64,000 nt of DNA, from the NCBI GenBank assembly GCA_004431415.1, contig QPMI01000672.1, forward strand, positions 34,972 through 98,971, in the 5' to 3' direction. This stretch comes from Cyanophora paradoxa CCMP329 (lineage: Eukaryota > Plantae > Glaucophyta). Positions within the stretch are counted from its first letter, which is position 1; each line of letters starts with the position of its first letter. Of the stretch, positions 21,606 through 34,113 are shown piece after piece. The notes below the pieces were generated by a model. That model saw only the letters and a program-made list of their open reading frames with translations. It did not search any database and was not told the DNA's origin. Position numbers and translations under genes: made by a program.

Positions 21606-24151
21606 CTACTTGGAGGTGGCCTTGGTGTTGGCGCCGCGCCAGCCGCTCTTGACGCCGAGGCGCCGCATCTCGATGCCCCGCCGCGGCGTCGCCCACGCGT
21701 CCGCCCCGCCCTCCGCCTCCCAGCGCCCGCCGTAGCCCGGCTCCTCCTCGCTCGGCCCGCCGTCGCTCCCCGGCCGCCGCGCGCTCCTCGCCCCGTTCTC
21801 CTTCCCCGCACCCTCCGCGCCCAGCACGAGGCCCGGGGGGAACCCGTGGCCGCGCCCGCCGCCGGGGGCCCCCAGGCCGCCCCCGCCGCCTCTCCTGCCC
21901 TTCTCCATCATCGCCCTGCGGGGCGCGGCGCTCAGCTCCGCGCAGCAGCCCAACCCAGCTCGGGCGGGCGGGGGGGCACCGGTCGACGAGCTCCTGGTAC
22001 TCGCGGGCGAGCAGGGACGTCTTCTCGAGCAGCTCCCGCCGCACGGCCGCCTCCGTCCTGCCCGGGCGCGTCGTGCGCGCTCACCCGCCGCACCTCGGAG
22101 CGGCGGCGGGCCACGCACTCGACGCGCACGCGCTCGCACTCGGCGGCCAGGGTCTGCCGCTCCTCCGCCCGCACCTTCTCCACCTGCCGTGCGCTTCAGC
22201 GCGGCCCGGGGCGGCCCGGGGCGGGGCGGGGAGGAGCGCCGCGGCGCGCCTCGATCTCGAGGGTGCGGCAGCGCTCCTTCAGCGCCTCCTGCAGAGCGGG
22301 GGCCGGGTGAGAGTTGCGAGGGGCTCCCGAGGTGCGGCGGGGCGGGGCGGACGAAGGCGGCGACGTAGACCTCCATCTCCTTGCCCCGCATGCGCTCCGC
22401 CTGCTGCTGCTGCTCGAAGCGTGCCCGCGCCTCGATCGCCTCCGACTCCCGCTTCAGCTGCCGCGCGTGGCCCGTCCGCTCTGCCTCCAGCTGCCCCCCC
22501 GCTGAGGCCGGCCCGGGGCGGGGCGGGGGCGCGGGGCGGGGGACCTTGGTCTCGAACTCGCCGCGCATCTTGCCGATGCGCTCCTCGTACTCGGCCTTGA
22601 GGCGCCCGATGCGCTCCTCGTACTCGGCGCGCACCGTCGCGAGGCGCGTGTTGCTCGCCTTCTCCGCCTCCGCCCGGATCGCCTCCCCCTGCTCCCGCCT
22701 CGCCTGCCCCCGCCCCGGCCTCGGCGGCGCGCCGGGGGCGCCGGGCGCCTCCCGAGGGCGCGCACCCGCTCGACGACCTCGCGGATGGCGAGCTCCGCCT
22801 TCTCCCGCGCGATCCGCGACCGCGCCTCCTCCTCGCGCCGCGCCGCGTCGGCGGCGATGAGGTACTGCGGAGGGGGTGAGGCGGGCGGCCCCGGGACAAG
22901 GCGGCGGCGGCGGCGGCGGCGGGCGCACCCCGATGGCCTCCTTCTCGCGGTCGCCCTCCACCGAGGCCTTCATCCTGCGGCCCCCGCGCGTGGGGAGGGG
23001 CGGGGCGGGCTCTCCTCGGGCTCGGGCGGGGGGCGGACCGCTTGAGGGCGGCCTCCTCGGCGTCGGCGCGGGCGCGGTCGGCCATCTTGCGCGCCTCGGC
23101 GACCGAGACGTAGCCCTCCCCCGCCGGCTGCACCAGCGCCCCGTTCGGGTCCACCCCCAGCAGGTGCGCCCTGATCTCCCGCTCGTACTTCTTCAGGAAG
23201 GTCTGCGCGGCGCCGGCGCGGCGCGGCGTCGGCGCTGGGGGCGCGGGGCGGGGCGCGGGGCGGACGACGAGGAAGCGGTAGTAGCGGTCGTGCGGGTGCT
23301 CGAAGGCCGACTTGTCCTCCAGCGCGTTGTAGTAGTACCTGCGCCCAACGCCGCGCCTCGGCCCCGCCGGCCCCGCCGCCCCCTCGGCGCGGCATCACGC
23401 ACACTTGGCCTTCTTCCGTGAAGTGCTGCGACCAGCCGTCTGCGGGAGGGGCTCGCTCCGCGCCCCCGGGGAGGGGCGCGGGGCGGGGCGGCCGGCGCAC
23501 CGGGCAGGGGCTCGTTGATGCCCACCTCGGCGACCCAGAGCCACCGCGTGTCCCGCTCGGGGTTCAGCCCTGCGCGCGGTGAGGCCCCGCCCACGACGAG
23601 ATTCTGCGCAGGCCCACACGCCGCCCGCCCAGCGCACCTATGTAGACCCCGAAGTCCCTGGCGCGAGGATCAGTGATCCGGAGGCGGGGGCGGAGCTCCC
23701 GGCCTCACTCACCTCACGTCCTCGGACGACGGCTTGGGGCCCAGGTTCAGGCCGTTCTTGGGCGCGCCGTCGCCCGGCAAGGGGACGGCGATGTGGGACT
23801 TGGCGGCGGCGCCCGGCTGCGGCGCGCGGGCGGCGAGGCTCAGCGGCGCCGCCGCGGCGCCGCCGCTGCGGGAGGCACCTTCTCAGCGAAGTACGCAGCA
23901 GCTATGGAGGAAGTGAGCTGCGCGCCGGGCGAGCTCGGCCTCGACTCCTTCCTCTGGGCTCCAAGCGCGCTAAGGACTGCGTCCGTGCAGCGTCTCGCGG
24001 CGGGTCCGAGATATGCCGGCAGCAGCCGCGCACCGTTCTCAGAGCCCAGAGCCTTGCCGCGCAGGGCGCCGGTGTTCCGGGCGCTCAGGATCTTCCGCTC
24101 CTCGCTCATCGAGACAGCGATCTGCTTCGACGCCCATCCCGTGTTCTTCAT
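21606..24151 (-). CDS. Multi-exon CEP164-like WW-domain / coiled-coil protein
   Basis: DFGVYIG / LNPERDTRWLWVAEVGINEPLP / GWSQHFTEEGQV / YYYNALEDKSAFEHPHDRYYR, followed by E/R/K/A-rich coiled-coil exons. Start uncertain. Confidence 0.72.
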
Positions 24152-24545
24152 CCTGGACGCCGGAAGCCAATCTTAGCTAAGCGGACGCCGCTTAGCTGCC
24201 CGCCGCCCCCGCTGCAGGAGCGAAGGCGAATAGACTGAAGTGGCTCGTAGAGCTGCCGCCGGGGCTATGTATACGGCCGCATCGGGCGGCCCTTGCCTGG
24301 AGCTGAGCGGTGCTGATTGAGCTTACACTATCTATCCCTTCAACCGCAACCGTGGGGTTTGTACGCCCCGCTTCAGCGTCAGGTAGCCGCTCCGATTCCT
24401 GTACCGGTCTGTCATGGACGGCACGTACCCCCGTGTTCGCGCAAAAACTTAGTGAAGTCCATCCACGAATCAGCCTGTCGTCCCGGAGAATCGCTAAAGC
24501 GTGGATTGCATTCTTGATCGATCCCGCCGGCCGGGGGCTTGAAGG

Positions 24546-27500
24546 ATGCCGCCCAAAGCGGCCGCAAAGCCCGCGACGGGCATGCTGAGCATCAGCAGCT
24601 ACTTTACAAAGAAGCCAGCGGCACCGTCGGACGCGACGAAGGCACCGCAGGCGGCACCGGCGTCCGCGAGCCCAGCCAAGCCGGCGGCGTCGCTCATCTC
24701 GCCCCCGCCACCGCGGAAGGCAGAACCGTCTTCTGCAACTTCCTCTGCCACCTCGAGCGGCGCGCGCGAGCGCCCCGCGAAGACGGTAAGGCCACAGTGA
24801 ATTCGAATTTGGCGCGCTCGGGGTGACCGGGTGCCTTCGATCGGCAGCTCCCGCGCACGTCGGAACCCGCGCCCGAACCAAAGCAGAAGGCGCAGCCGAA
24901 GCGCGCGAAGGCGGATGAGGACGACGAGGAGGATGACGGGATGCTGGCGCCCCGACGGAAGCGGCTCGTGAAGCGGGCGGTGGTCGACAGCGACGAGGAG
25001 GCCGATGCGGGGGAGGAGGACGTGACGCCGGCGAAGCGGCTGCGCAACGAGGAGCCGGCGGCCGGAGCGGGGAAGGCGTCGCCCGCGGACGCGGCGGTCT
25101 CGCCGGCGCGCGCCAAGGCGGACCCGATGGAGGTGGACCTGACCGCGAGCAGTGCGCGAGCGGCCGGCGCGCGCGCGCGCGAGTCTCTCGGGCCGCCGCC
25201 GACGCCGCGCAGGCCCCGAGGACGCCTCCCCCAGCGACGGCCCGGCGGGCAAGGCGAAGCGGCGGCCGGCGCGCGCCAAGGGCAAGGGCAAGGAGCCGCA
25301 GCGCGGCGGCGGCGAGTCGAGCGGCAGCGAGGACGGCGGGGAGGAGGCGAATGCGGAGGAGGGCGGGGGCGCGGCGGGCCCGTCGGGAGGGGCGGCGGAG
25401 GAGGGGCAGTTCAAGCCCGACCTCGCGAAGCGCTCTCGCTTCAAGAAGATCCTCGGGCCGGGCAAGGCCGCCGGCGCGGCGCGCGCCGCTGCGGCGGCGG
25501 AGGGCTCGGAGGGGGCGCCGCGGGCGCGCGGCGTGGCGCTGAGCGGGGAGCGCTACACCGACATCCTGGCGCGGGCGCGCGAGAAGAAGAGCGGCTACAC
25601 GCCCCTCGTGCGCACGCCGGCCCGCGGGCCTGCCCCCCGCCGGCGGCCGGCGGCGCGGGCCGACGGGCGTCGCCTTGGCCGCGCAGGAGGTGCAGTGGCT
25701 GGAGGTGAAGGCGGCGCACCCGGACACGGTGCTCTTCCTCGAGTGCGGCTACAAGTTCAAGTTCCTGGACCGGGACGCGGAGGTGGCGGCGCGCGTCCTC
25801 TCGATCTTCGCCTCGCACGACAAGCACTTCAGGACGGCCAGCATCCCCGTGCACCGCCTCACCGTCCACGCCCGGCGCCTCGTCGAGGCCGGCTACAAGG
25901 TCGGCGTCATCCGCCAGATGGAGACCGCCGCCCTCAAGAAGGCCGGCGAGAACAAGTGCGGCGCCCCCTCCCGCCCCGCCCGCCCGCCCGCCCTCCCGTG
26001 ACGCGCGGGGCGGGCAGGTCCGGCGTCTTCCAGCGCGAGCTCGCCGCCCTGTACACCAAGGGCACCCTCATCGGCGACGGTCCGCCGCCCGCCGCCCGCC
26101 CTCGCGTCGCCCCGCCGCGGTTGCGATGGCGGGCGGGGCAGGGCTGGACCCGCTGAGCAGCGGGAGCGGGGCGGAGGGCGGGGCGGGGCTGGCGCGCTAC
26201 ATCGTCTGCTGCTGCGAGGAGCGGGCCTCGACCGTGCAGAGCGCGCTCGAGGAGCAGGAGAAGGTCGTCATCTGCCTCGTCGTGCGGCCCGGGCCCGCCC
26301 CGCCCGCCCCGCCCCGCCCGCCCTCGGGGCGCCGATGCCCGCGCAGGCGGTCGACGCCGGCACGGGCGACGTCGTCTTCGACCGGTGCGGCCGGCGGGCG
26401 CGGCGCCGGCAGCCCTCCGGCCGACGCGGGGGGGGCCGGGTGCAGGTTCCAGGACGGGATGCTGCGGGGGGAGCTGGAGACGCGGCTGCGGTACCTGCAG
26501 CCGGTGGAGGTGGTGGTGCCGGAGCGGGGCCAGCTCTCCTCCCACACCGAGAAGCTCCTCCGCCTCGCCGGCGCCTTCGAGGAGGACGGCGAGCCGCCCG
26601 CCGGCGGCGTCCGCCTCGAGCGGTACCCCTCCGCCGACTTCGCGTACGCCGCCGCCGTCGAGCGCCTCTCCGCACTCTTCGCCGCGCCCCAGTGCGCCGC
26701 GCCGCGCCCCGCCCCGCCGCTCCGGGCCCGGCGCCGCCGACGGGCGGGGGCGCAGGGAGGGGCGGGAGAAGGGGAAGGGGGCGGCGCTGGAGCTGCAGGA
26801 GGCGCTGCAGATGCCGCAGGGCTGCGTGCGCTGCGTGGGCGTCCTGGCGCGCCACCTCGCCGCCTTCGGCCTCTCCGACGTCCTCCGCCTCCCCGCCTCC
26901 CCGGCGGCCGCCCCGGGGGCCGCCCCGGGGGCCCCCTTCCGCCACTTCTCCAGCCGCACCTCCATGCTCCTCTCCGCCTCCGCCCTCGCCAACCTCGAGG
27001 CCCGCCCCCGCACGCCCCCGCCCCCCGCCGGCCATGACGCCCCGCGTCCCGCAGATCCTGCGCAACTCGACGGACGGGTCGGAGCGGGGCTCGCTCGCGG
27101 CGCTGCTGGCGTCGCAGCGGGGCGGGCCGCAGACGGCGTTCGGGGCGCGGCAGCTGCGCGCGTGGGTGACGCGGCCGCTGCTGCAGCGGGGCGAGATCGT
27201 GGCGCGGCAGGAGGCGGTCCAGGAGCTCCTCGAGGGGGCCCTCGCGCCGCTCCTCGAGGCGCTGCGCAACCTGCCCGACCTCGAGCGCGGCCTCGCCCGC
27301 ATCGCCTACCGCAAGATCGTCCCCTCCGAGTTCTCCACCCTCATGAACGCCTTCCTCCGGTGCCCCCGCGAGGCAGCGCCCCGCCGTGCGCGAGGGCGCA
27401 TGACCGACGGGCCGGCGGCGCAGGCTGGCGCGGGCGGCGCCGGAGGGCCCGGAGCCGGCGTCGGCGCTGCTGCGGGAGTGGGCGGACGGGGAGATGCTGC

Positions 27501-29392
27501 GGGCGGCGGGGCGGGCGGCGGAGGAGGCGCTGGGGCGGCTGGACGCGCGGGCCGCCTCGAAGAACGAGAAGGAGGCGCTCTTCGGGCCCTCGCTGGAGGA
27601 GTGGCCCGAGGTCGCCGCCGCCGTCGCCGAGATCGCGGAGACGGAGGAGGAGCTCGCCGCCGAGCTGCAGGCCATCCGCAAGAAGCTCCAGCGCTCCGAC
27701 CTTGAGTGGACCAAGGTCAACGGCGAGGAGGTGCCCCGCCCCCCGCTCCCCGCGCGCTCCTCCCGCCGCCCCCGACGCGCCCCGCGGCAGTACACCATCG
27801 AGCTGGGGAAGAGCGAGCCGGCCGTGGGCCGCGCCGAGCGCGCCGGCTACCAGACCGTCGTCACGTGCGCCGCCCGCCGCCTCGCCTCGCGCGCCCGGCC
27901 CGGCCCGAGCGGGGCGGGCGCAGGCTGGCGAAGGTCTCGCGGTTCCGGTCGCCGCTGGTGGCGAACGAGCTGCTGCCGCGGATGCAGCGCGCACGCGAGG
28001 GGCTTCAGATCGCCGCGGAGCGCGCATGGGCGCAGTTCCTGACGGGGCTCGCGGAGGGCCCCGCCTTCCCCGCCCTCCGCGCCCTCGTCCGCAACGCCGC
28101 GCACCTCGACGCCGCCGCCGCCCTCGCCGCCTGCGCCCGCCTGCCGGGCTACGTGCGGCCGAGCATCGCGGACCCGGCCGGGGGGCAGCAGCTGGTGGTG
28201 CGGGGCGGGCGGCACCCGATGGTGGAGGCGGCGATGGCCGGCGCCGCGTACGTCCCCAACGACGTCGAGCTCCGCGCCGACGGGCCCCGCTGCCTCATCC
28301 TCACCGGGCCCAACGTCCGCCCGCACCCACCCCGCCCCCTCCCCCGCCCCCTCTCACCCCGCCCCGCCCCAGATGGGCGGCAAGTCCTCGTACATCCGGC
28401 AGACGGCGCTGCTGGTGGTGCTGGCGCAGATCGGGGCCTGGGTCCCCGCCGACGAGTGCACCCTCACGCCCTTCGACGCCGTGCACACCCGCATGGGCGC
28501 CTCCGACGACATCGGCAAGGGGTCCGCTGCCCCCCCGCCTCCCCCCTGCAACGCCCGCTGAGGCGTGGGGCAGGCTCTCGACGTTCATGGTGGAGCTGCA
28601 GGAGGCGAGCGCCATCCTGCGGGCCGCCACCCGCCGCTCCCTCGTCATCCTCGACGAGGCCCGCCCGCCGCCCGCGCCCCGGGTCGGGGGGGAGGCCTCT
28701 GACGGCCCCGCGCAGCTGGGGCGGGGGACGTCGACGCACGACGGGACGGCGATCGCGTTCGCGACGCTGCGGCACCTCGTCGCCTCGGTGCAGTGCGCGA
28801 CGCTCTTCGTCACGCACTACCCGCTCGTCGGGGCCCTCGAGCGCGAGCTCCCCGGCCGCGTCCTCAACGCCCACATGGCCTTCCTCGAGGCGCCCGCCCC
28901 CGCCCCCCCCCCCCCCCCCCCCCCCCCCCCCCTGCCCGCCCGCCCCGTCCCCGCCGCCCCTCACGCGCCGGCCCCCGCAGCACGACGAGGACGAGGGGAC
29001 GGGCAGCAGAAGCAGGCGGGCCTCAAGCGGTGCCCCCGCCCCGCCCCGCCCCGCGCTGCGCCCCGCCTGAGCGCCCGGGCAGGGTGACGTTCCTGTACAA
29101 GGTGACCCGGGGCCTGGCGGAGCGCTCGTACGGGCTCAACGTGGCGCGCCTCGCGCACCTGCCGGCCCCGCTCCTCGCCACCGCCGCCCGCAAGGCCGCC
29201 GAGATGGAGGCCGCCACCGCCGCCCGCGCCCCCGCCAGGGGCCCCGAGGGGCCGGCGGGGGCGGGGGCGGGGGAGGAGGAGGCGGGGCCGCTGGAGACCG
29301 GCTTCCGGGAGGCCTTTCTGGCGGTGGAGGGGCCCCCGGGGGCCGCCGACCTGCGCGCCGTCCTCGCCCGCCTCCGCGAGGGCGCACCCTGA
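24546..29392 (+). CDS. MSH3: DNA mismatch repair protein MSH3 (~17 introns)
   Basis: N-terminal PIP-box-like LSISSYF; YTPL..Q; [11 protein letters not shown] (MSH3-type); [10 protein letters not shown]; GGRHPMVE; [15 protein letters not shown]; TRMGASD; STFMVEL; [14 protein letters not shown]; FVTHY; [10 protein letters not shown]. Confidence 0.93.
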
Positions 29393-29554
29393 CCCCGAGC
29401 CGCCCCGCGCCCCGCTTCCCCTCCCCGGCCCGCGCCCCGGCCGGGGCCCCCTGATTCGGAAGATTTCTGTGCACGTTGTTTACTTACAGAGAAGCCGAGC
29501 TAGCGCGCGTGACCTCGGCGGAGGAAAGGGAAGAGGAACGGGGCGGTGTGCTCC

Positions 29555-31152
29555 TTAGCGCCGGGAGAGGCCGCGCTGCCAGGCGGCGGCGGCGCCGGCG
29601 GCGAGGCCGGCGAGGGCCGCGACGGCGGCGGCGGTGACAAATGGGGAGCGCGGCTCCGGGCGGGGCAGCTTGGCCGCCATGTCGTTCTCGCGCAGCCACT
29701 GCTCGACCGTCTTCATGGGGTAAGCCTTCCGCACCTCAGCGATGTTCACGCTGTATCCCACGCGCTGGAACCAGTCGGTCATCAAGTAGATCTGCGGGGT
29801 ACGGGGGATCAGGAGGGGCGGGCGCGAGCGGGCACGCGGGCGGCGGCGGCGCGCCTCGTGGGCGAAGAAGCGGAGGATGAAGAGCGGGGGGTACGAGTAC
29901 TTGAAGGGGTACCCGCACACGCGCTCGAAGGTCTGCGCGAGCTCGGGCCCGTTGACTTCGTCGCCGGCGAGGTCGACCTCCTTCCCTGCACCGCAGTGAG
30001 CCCGGGCGTGGGGGGTCAGCCCCTTCGGCGGGTGCACCTATCCAGGCCTTGGGTTCCGCGAAGCACATCGCCGCGAACCCGCCTGCGCGAGGTTGGGTAA
30101 GGGGCGCGAGAGGGCAATGCCTCGATCGCGAGGAGGCCGCTGGGGGCACCGATGTCGTCGACCGCGACCTGCGCGGGGTAGGGTAAGCGGTGCAAGAGGG
30201 CCGAGGGAGGCGGGCGGGGCACCATCTGGATGCGCGTGCTCGGGGTGGTCAGGCCGTTGGCGACGCCGGGCTTGGCGCCGACCACGCCGCCAGGGACCAT
30301 GTTGTCCATGAAGTACGCCGGGCGCAGGATCGTCGCCGGCACACCGAGCTGCTTGATGTGCTGCTCGATCGCGTACTTCCTGCACGCCGCGTAAGGCGCG
30401 CGCGCGGCGCCGCCGGCCGGGCCGCGCACGAGTCGAAGTGTGGCACGCCAGTGCTGCGGTTGGCGCTGGCTACGGAGCTGCGGCGCGTCAGCCCAGCGAA
30501 GCGGACGACAGCTGTAGAACTGCGAGCGCACGTGTAGACGAGGTGCTTCACGCCGGCCGCCTTGCACGCGTCCGCCACGTTCTTGCCCTGTACATGAGCG
30601 CATGCATATGCGCGTACGCGTCAGATATCGATGCAGCCACATGTACAGAAGCAGCTCGACTGCGCGCCTGCTGAATCTCCCGCTCCGCGCTGTACTTGCC
30701 GTTCTCGATCATGGCCTGAACGGAGAAGACGCCGGCCGCGCCATCAAAGGCCCTCTTGAGGCTCTCGACGTCGTTCTGGTCGCCCTTCACGAGCTTCACG
30801 CCCTGCGCCTCGAGCTTCTTCGCCTTATCGCTCGTCGGGTCGCGCACTGCGCACGCGACCGCGTGCGAGCCGCGTATTGTGAGTTTGGGCCGGGCCGCGG
30901 CCGCAGCTGCAGCTGCAGCCGGCGCGCGCCACGCGCTGGCGCGCGCGCGCAGGAGAGTCCGCAACTGGACGGCGCACCGACGGCGTGAACTTCGAAGTTG
31001 CCCTTCTTCACAAGGTGTTTCGCGGCTGCGCCGCCCTGCTGTCCTGCTCCACACGGTTCAAGCGACTGCGGCAGGCGCCGAACGAGCGCGGCCGGGCTGC
31101 AGCGGCGCGGCGCACCGGTGGCTCCGAGCACCACGATCACGGGCTTGGCCAT
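29555..31152 (-). CDS. NmrA-like NAD(P)-binding (atypical SDR) protein, multi-exon
   Basis: IVVLGATG-QQGG, VKLVKGD, AFDGAAGVFSVQ, ADACKAAGVKHLVY, VPHFDS-KYAIEQ, TILRPAYFMDN, VAVDDIG, DLAGDE. Confidence 0.9.
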
Positions 31153-31335
31153 GGCCGAACAAGAACGCTTGGATCTGAGGTTTCACACTGTGACAGTGAG
31201 GTTTCGAGGCGTCCGGCCGCGCGTAAGCTCCACAAGTGCGCGCGCACCTCAGATAAAGCGCCGCGGAGCGCGCGTGAGCCGCCGACGTGACTTCGACGTC
31301 GAGGGGGTTGAAGCTCGGCGTGGGTACACGGGAGG

Positions 31336-33950
31336 ATGTGGTCGCGGTTCGGCGCGCGGGCCGTAGGAGCGGCCCGCTCGGGCTCGCGGTCGTATGGCAC
31401 GGGATCTTCGCAACGGGAGTCGTTTGGACGCAAGCTCAGGCAGCTTGCGACTGGTGTGGTGCGCGGCTGCAAAGCGTCGCGTCGGCGCCCGCCTCTATAA
31501 GGCTTGCGCCTAGCGGAGGCATGCGGTTGCGTTGCACGCCGCACCGCCGACGCGCTGTCGAACGCCGTCTGACACGAGAGCAGATCGCCGGCGCGGCGTG
31601 CGTCGGCGCCGTCGTCTACGCAGAGAAGCCGAAACATGCGCCGCACTCCAAGCTGGCGGAAGGCGAGCGCGGGGCGCGGGTTTCAGCGCGTGCACTAGTG
31701 CGCCGTTCTGACTCGCGCCGCCCAGATTCCGTGGCGGGCCTTGCGTCGGGGGGAATCGACCGCGAGGAGGCGCCGATCGCGGCGGCGGAGCAGGAGGCAC
31801 CGCGGCAGCACGGGAAGCCGGCGCCGCCGCGCCACGCCAAGTACGTGATCATCGGCACCGGCACCGCCGCGTACGGTCCGCGCTCGCGCCGCCCGCGCCT
31901 CTTCGCCCCGGGCCCCTGCTCAGCGCGGCGCAGCGGCGGTGCAGGGGATCCGGGCGCACGACAAGACGGGGGAGGTGCTGGTCATCGGGCAGGAGCGCTG
32001 CACGCCGTACCAGCGCCCGCCCCTCTCCAAAGAGCTCTGGACGGGACCGCCGGAGGACTCCGCCCGCCTCCGCTTCCTCGACTGGCAGGGCAAGAACGCC
32101 AGGCGCGCCCCGTCGCCCCGTCCGCCCCGCGGCGCCGGCCGAGGGGCGCCCCCCGCAGCGTCTTCTACGACCTGGAGGAGTCGCGGGGGGTGGAGTTCCG
32201 CCTGGGGACGGCCGTGCAGACGCTGGACACGGACAACCGGCGGCTCGTGCTCGAGGACGGCAGCGTCGTCCTCTACGGCCAGGTCGCCCCCGCCCTCGCT
32301 TCCCCCGCGCCCCTTCTGCGGGCCTGAGCGGGGGCCGGGGTGGCAGGTGCTGATCGCGACGGGGGGCACGCCGAAGCGGCTCTCGGACGTGGTGGACCCC
32401 GCCGCCGCCGGCGAGGTCTCCACCTACCGTCCGCCCGCCCCGCCCCGCCCCCCGAGCGGTCGGGGCGGGCCTGAGGGGCGGGGCCGGCAGGGACGGTGGA
32501 GGACTTTCGGCGGCTGTACGAGCGCGCCGCGTCCGCCAAGCGCGTCCTCGTCGTCGGCGGCGGTGCGGCGGCGGCCGCCCCGCCCCGCCCCGCTGTCGCA
32601 GCCCGCCCGACGCCCCCACAGGCTTCCTCGGCTCGGAGCTCGCCGCCGCGCTCAACCACCGCGGTGCGCCCCGCCCCCCTCGGAGCTGTTCCCGAAGCGT
32701 TCCGCCCGCCTGACGCCGCGCAGGCAAGGCCCACGGCCTCAAAGTCACACAGGTCTTCCCCGAGCCGGGTAGGCCCCCCACTCGCGCCCCACCCGGCCCC
32801 CGTACCCCTCCTCCCCCGCCCGAGCCGAGCCGGCAGGGGTGATGCACCGGGTGCTGCCGGCGTACCTCAGCGCGTACGCCACGCGCAAGCTCGCCGCCGG
32901 TGCGCCTCCCGCCCCCCCGCGGCCGCGCCAACGGAGCTGCCTCGGGTCTGACTGCCGTGCGGTGCAGCGGGGGTGGAGGTGCGGCCGGGGACGACCCCGC
33001 GCTCCATCGACGCCGGCGCCGAGGGCAAGGGTCCGCCCCCGCCCCGGCGAGGGCCGCGGATGTGCGGGGGCGGGCGGGGGGGCGAGCGGGGCGCAGGGGT
33101 GCGGGCGACGCTGGAGGCGGCGGACGGGGCCGCCTTCTGCGAGGCCGCCGACCACGCCGGTGCCCCCGCCTCCCGCCCCCTCCCCTCGTCTCCCCCGCCC
33201 CTCTGACCCGCCCCGCCGGCCAGTGCTGGCGGTGGGGATCGAGCCGAGCGTGCGCCTTGCGGAGGAGGCGGGCCTCCCCATCGACGTCGCCCGGGGCGGC
33301 GTCGCCGTCGACCGCTGGCTCCAGGCCCGCCCCGGCGTCTTCGCCGCGGGGGACGTCATGAGCTACCCCGACCCCATCCTCGGCCGCCGCCGCGTCGAGC
33401 ACTACGACCAGGCCCGCCCCGCCGCCCCCGCGCTTCCTCCCTCGCCCCCCCGAGCCGCGCGGCGCGCAGGCGTACGCGAGCGGGAAGCACGCGGGGGCGA
33501 ACATGGCGCTTGGCCTCCGGGGCGCGCGCCCCTACACGCACCAGGCGCGCCGAGCGCCGCTCGGGGGCGGGGCGCGGGGTCACGCGGGGCGCAGGCGGCG
33601 TTCTGGTCGTCGCTAGAGGGGACGGGGGTCTCCTTCGAGGCCGTCGGGCGCGTCGACTCCTCCCTCCCCACCGCCGCCTTCTTCCGCGTCGCCCCCTCCC
33701 CCGAGCTCGGGTGCCACCGCCCCCCTCCCGCCCACCCTCCCTCCCTCCCGTCCGAACCCCCCGCAGGGCGCCGGCGGTGGAGACGCAGGAGTACCGGCGG
33801 GGCGTTGTGGTGTACCTGCAGGGGAAGCGCCCGGTGGGGGTGCTGCTGTGGAACGGGGCGGGCGGGGGCGTGGACGCGGCGCGGGCGCTCCTCGCCGAGG
33901 CCCGCGACGTCGACCGCCTCGAAGACCTCGCCAAGCGCCTGCCCCTCTAG
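31336..33950 (+). CDS. AIFM1: Apoptosis-inducing factor (mitochondrial FAD/NADH oxidoreductase), multi-exon
   Basis: Arg/Ser-rich presequence MWSRFGARAV... then a TM segment; YVIIGTGTAA, PYQRPPLSKELW, LIATGGTP, VVGG-GFLGSELA, VFAAGDV, RRRVEH, FWS, GVVVYL, VGVLLWN. Confidence 0.88.
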
Positions 33951-34113
33951 CCAGAGCCGGGGGAGCCGCCCCGCCCCCTCCAGTTGCACCGGCCCAGCGG
34001 CCCGGGCAGAGAGGGAATCCTGAAATTGAAATTCAATGTTCGATTCGAGGGGCGAAGAGGGGCCTACGTATACGCTGGCTAACTAAAGAGGGCGCGACGC
34101 TGCGGGTGCGGGG

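Noticed and set aside
28903-28932. Long poly-C run
   Set aside because: An intronic homopolymer in MSH3, an extreme case of the C-rich intron 5' halves; its length is unreliable.
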